From Candidatus Omnitrophota bacterium (GTDB taxonomy: Bacteria; Omnitrophota; Gorgyraeia; 2-02-FULL-51-18): a DNA stretch of 57,713 nucleotides. This document shows, one piece after another, positions 24,001-27,000 of this stretch. Made by a program: the position numbers and the translations under genes. The stretch covers positions 1-57,713 of the forward strand of contig JACPWF010000032.1 in NCBI GenBank assembly GCA_016197155.1, read 5' to 3'. Each line of letters opens with the position of its first letter. Within the stretch, counting starts at the first letter, position 1. Under the pieces are notes generated by a model. It made no database searches. It was not told where the DNA came from and saw only the letters and a list, made by a program, of their open reading frames with translations.

Positions 24001-27000
24001 TCGCCAGAACGGTATCTATGGGGTGCTCGGTTTGGACGAAGGGAAATCAGAGATCATGCGAATTTCCATGAACAACGGGACGCCTGTGGACGATGAGGGG
24101 AAAGAGCTGACACCGCCGTTCAAAAATGCTATTAGCGGGGCATTAATTATGAGGGCCGGACAAAATAAAATTGATGATATTCAGTTTGGATTTGACCAGA
24201 GAGAAGATTTAGATGACCGTTTTGTGAGCGATGACGGCCGTTTTAAACAGATGCTAGTGCCACAAAGCACTCAGGACCTTGGGTGGCCAAGAAACACCAG
24301 AATGCCGATGAGCTCATGGGGTATTACGGAAACCGACAAGCTTGGTTTTGTCCAGGTTTGGTCGGAATCGGAAGACGTGCCGCACACCGCAAGCCAGATC
24401 AACATCGACGAGTTATATCAAATACTGGGGCATTTTCGTTGGAAGGACGCGATATTGACCGGAACCAGCGGAGATATTTCTGCCGAAGTCAACGGACAGC
24501 ATTATTCCGCAAAGGCTCGGTGGAACTCAAGTCTCCAAAGTTTAATCGGCAAGCATGATAAAGGGCCCGATCATGGCTACCGGCGTTTGGGCCGTGTTAT
24601 GTTCTTGTATCCCAAATCCGCCGCCCGGCTGGCTAGAGAAGTCGGAGGCTGGAAGTTGGAAGCTGGAAGAGCGCTTCGAGTCATTTTAATGGGACTGGCG
24701 CTGTTTTTCCCGGCCGTGGGCGCGCAGGCGTCGGTGACAAAATACACTCCATACGGCCGCGCGGAGATCACCGCGAGCAACAGCACGCTTCGCACGATTG
24801 GCGCAAAGGCGGGACTGAATCCGTTGGCTTTTCGCACGATGCTTTACCGCAATCGCAGTCAGATGCATCGTCTGGGGATCGGGAAGGATCTTACCGGAGA
24901 GGAAGTGGAGGTCATGCCAGCCCGCCGCGTGCGAGAACTGCTTAGAAAACATTTAAAAGAGAATGAAAAAGTTTACGTCCCCTCTTTCCGCCCCGGCGGG
25001 GAAGGGAATCTCGTCCAAACGGCTGTAAAGAAAGGGACGATTACTTTTAGTCAATACCGCGATGCGGCGGAGACGGGCCGCGGGCCTTCTTTGAGGAAAA
25101 CAGCGAGGAAAACAGCCAAGGTGAACCAGTCGTGGCTGGGAATCGTCTGGTTGCCCGTAGCCGTAGCCGTAGCGGTTGCCGTGATGATCTTTGGAATGAT
25201 TTTGGCCCGCCGGAAAATTGTCCCGGCAGGCCCGCAGTCTGTCATTATCACTCCGCCTCGCGTGTCACGAAATCCATTGCCGCTCGCGAAGATCAACCAG
25301 AATAAGACTCTTGGACTGTGGATCTTTTTGACGGCGGCCTTTGCGGGATTGGTAGAATTATTTGGTTCCCTGGCGGCCAAGCGGCTGATGGAAAAGAAAC
25401 CGCAGGGCATCGGGCCCACAACGAGCGGAGCCTCATTCCGCGCGGCGCCGGCGCGGTCGCCGTTTGAAGCGGCCTGGATGGACAGGCCGTTTACGACGGA
25501 AATCCTGGCCCGTTCGTTCGGACTCCCAAGGAGCGAGGTTTACCGCGCTTTTCGGGCTGGTCTTTTTGGAAATATTTTGGAAGAGGAAGCCAATGGATCG
25601 TTCCGTTTCAGAAAAGGCCTGCGTTCGGCGGATTTTGAGGCCATTCAAAACATTCCCTCTTGGCAGTTCTGGAATCCTTACCGCCGACTCAATCTCACAT
25701 TCCTGGTCAGAGTCAGACTCCAGGCCATGTGGAAGGCGACGTCTTCGGATTGGATGGTTGAGGTCTTCGCGGCCGTGATACGGGAAAATCTTGGCCAGCT
25801 GACGAATGCGGAGCTCCGTTCGGCCCGCTTTGACCTTTTGTTGGAAAAAATATTGGAAAAGAAACTGGCAAACGCTCCATTGACCGCGTATCCCATGGAT
25901 TTGGTGGTGGCTCTCAAAGGACGCTTTGACCATTTGAATCCCGAAGCCGGCGGCCTTCTGGCGTCTCTCACCCTTGATCGGCTCCAAGCGTACCTTCGTG
26001 AGCAGGGGAAAACTCTCCGTGAATCCACGGTTTCGTTGATTAAACGGCGGTATCAGTCACGCGACCAGGCGATAAGACAGCGGATTCGAGACCGTATTCT
26101 GGACATCGAAAAACAATTCGCGCGTGTCCAAGCAGAAATGAGCATGGCTCGTTCTCTGGCGGTTTCACCCGCCGCCCGGCTGGCTCAGAGATCCTTCGGT
26201 CGCCTCCGGCAACCTCCAGGCGACAGATTAGTCGTGGGAATCGAAGCGGCTGAAAAATCAACTTTTGCGGCGCGCCTGGCGGCCGTGAAGGAACTCCTCG
26301 GATCAAACTTGTCCCGTGGTGTCCGTTTCGAGCATGTCCAGTCCGTCGGGCCGGAGAGTGTGGGCGCGACAGGCGCGCGGTTTGCTTATTTTGTCGGTCA
26401 AGACGTGCCGCTGGGTGATGCGGCCGCGAGGCTGGCGGTTTTGAAGGGCGTGCGGGGGATACTCCACCAAGCCAATGCGTTCGAAACGAATGAAGAAGCG
26501 GCCCGGATCGGCATGCTTAAGTTTATGAGAGACATTATGGAAGGACAGCGGGGCGCAAGGCTGGCCATCGGCGATTTAAGACAAGCCTTGTCTGAGGTTG
26601 GAAAAAGTTTGCCTCCACCGGCCCGGATGGCCGTTGTGAACGACGGATCGCGGCTGGCCCTTTTGAGCGGCACGACGCCCATTATTCGGCATCTGGAAAC
26701 TGCCCTCAGTGCGGAAAACAATGAGACGGCCATTGTGTCCGCTCAAGCGGCCGCGCGGTCGGCGGTGGATTATTTACAGCCTTCAAAACCCGGTTTCATT
26801 TCAAGAATTTATAAATTAATCGGCGCCCTGCGCGCGCTTGGCCGGAGCTTTGCCGTTGAACTTGGCGCGGACTTGAGTGGCGAGGTGACGATCGTGACGA
26901 CTCAGGCCGTGATTGACGGGCGCGAGTCTGCCTATCAAGATTCGAGAAATGAACTTTTGAAACGCTTGGAAGCACTGCGCACTCTTAACGTGAGAGAATT

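Larger units (their letters stand above)
1796..26566 (+). repeat. Dispersed peptide motif [GAP]ARL[AST] in the giant ORF (19 copies)
   Basis: Motif starts at nt 1796, 3125, 6128, 7421, 9914, 12011, 13475, 14783, 15551, 15659, 18122, 20915, 21866, 23546, 24620, 26171, 26267, 26423 and 26552. Variants: GARFA 26372, PARMA 26618, GSRLA 26645. Confidence 0.92.

Noticed and set aside
1796-26566. GARLA sites as DNA recombination sites or a CRISPR/integron-like array
   Set aside because: Synonymous positions vary widely, there is no flanking DNA conservation, and spacing is kilobase-scale. A weak GGCGCCCGGCTGGC consensus exists, so a DNA role is not fully excluded.
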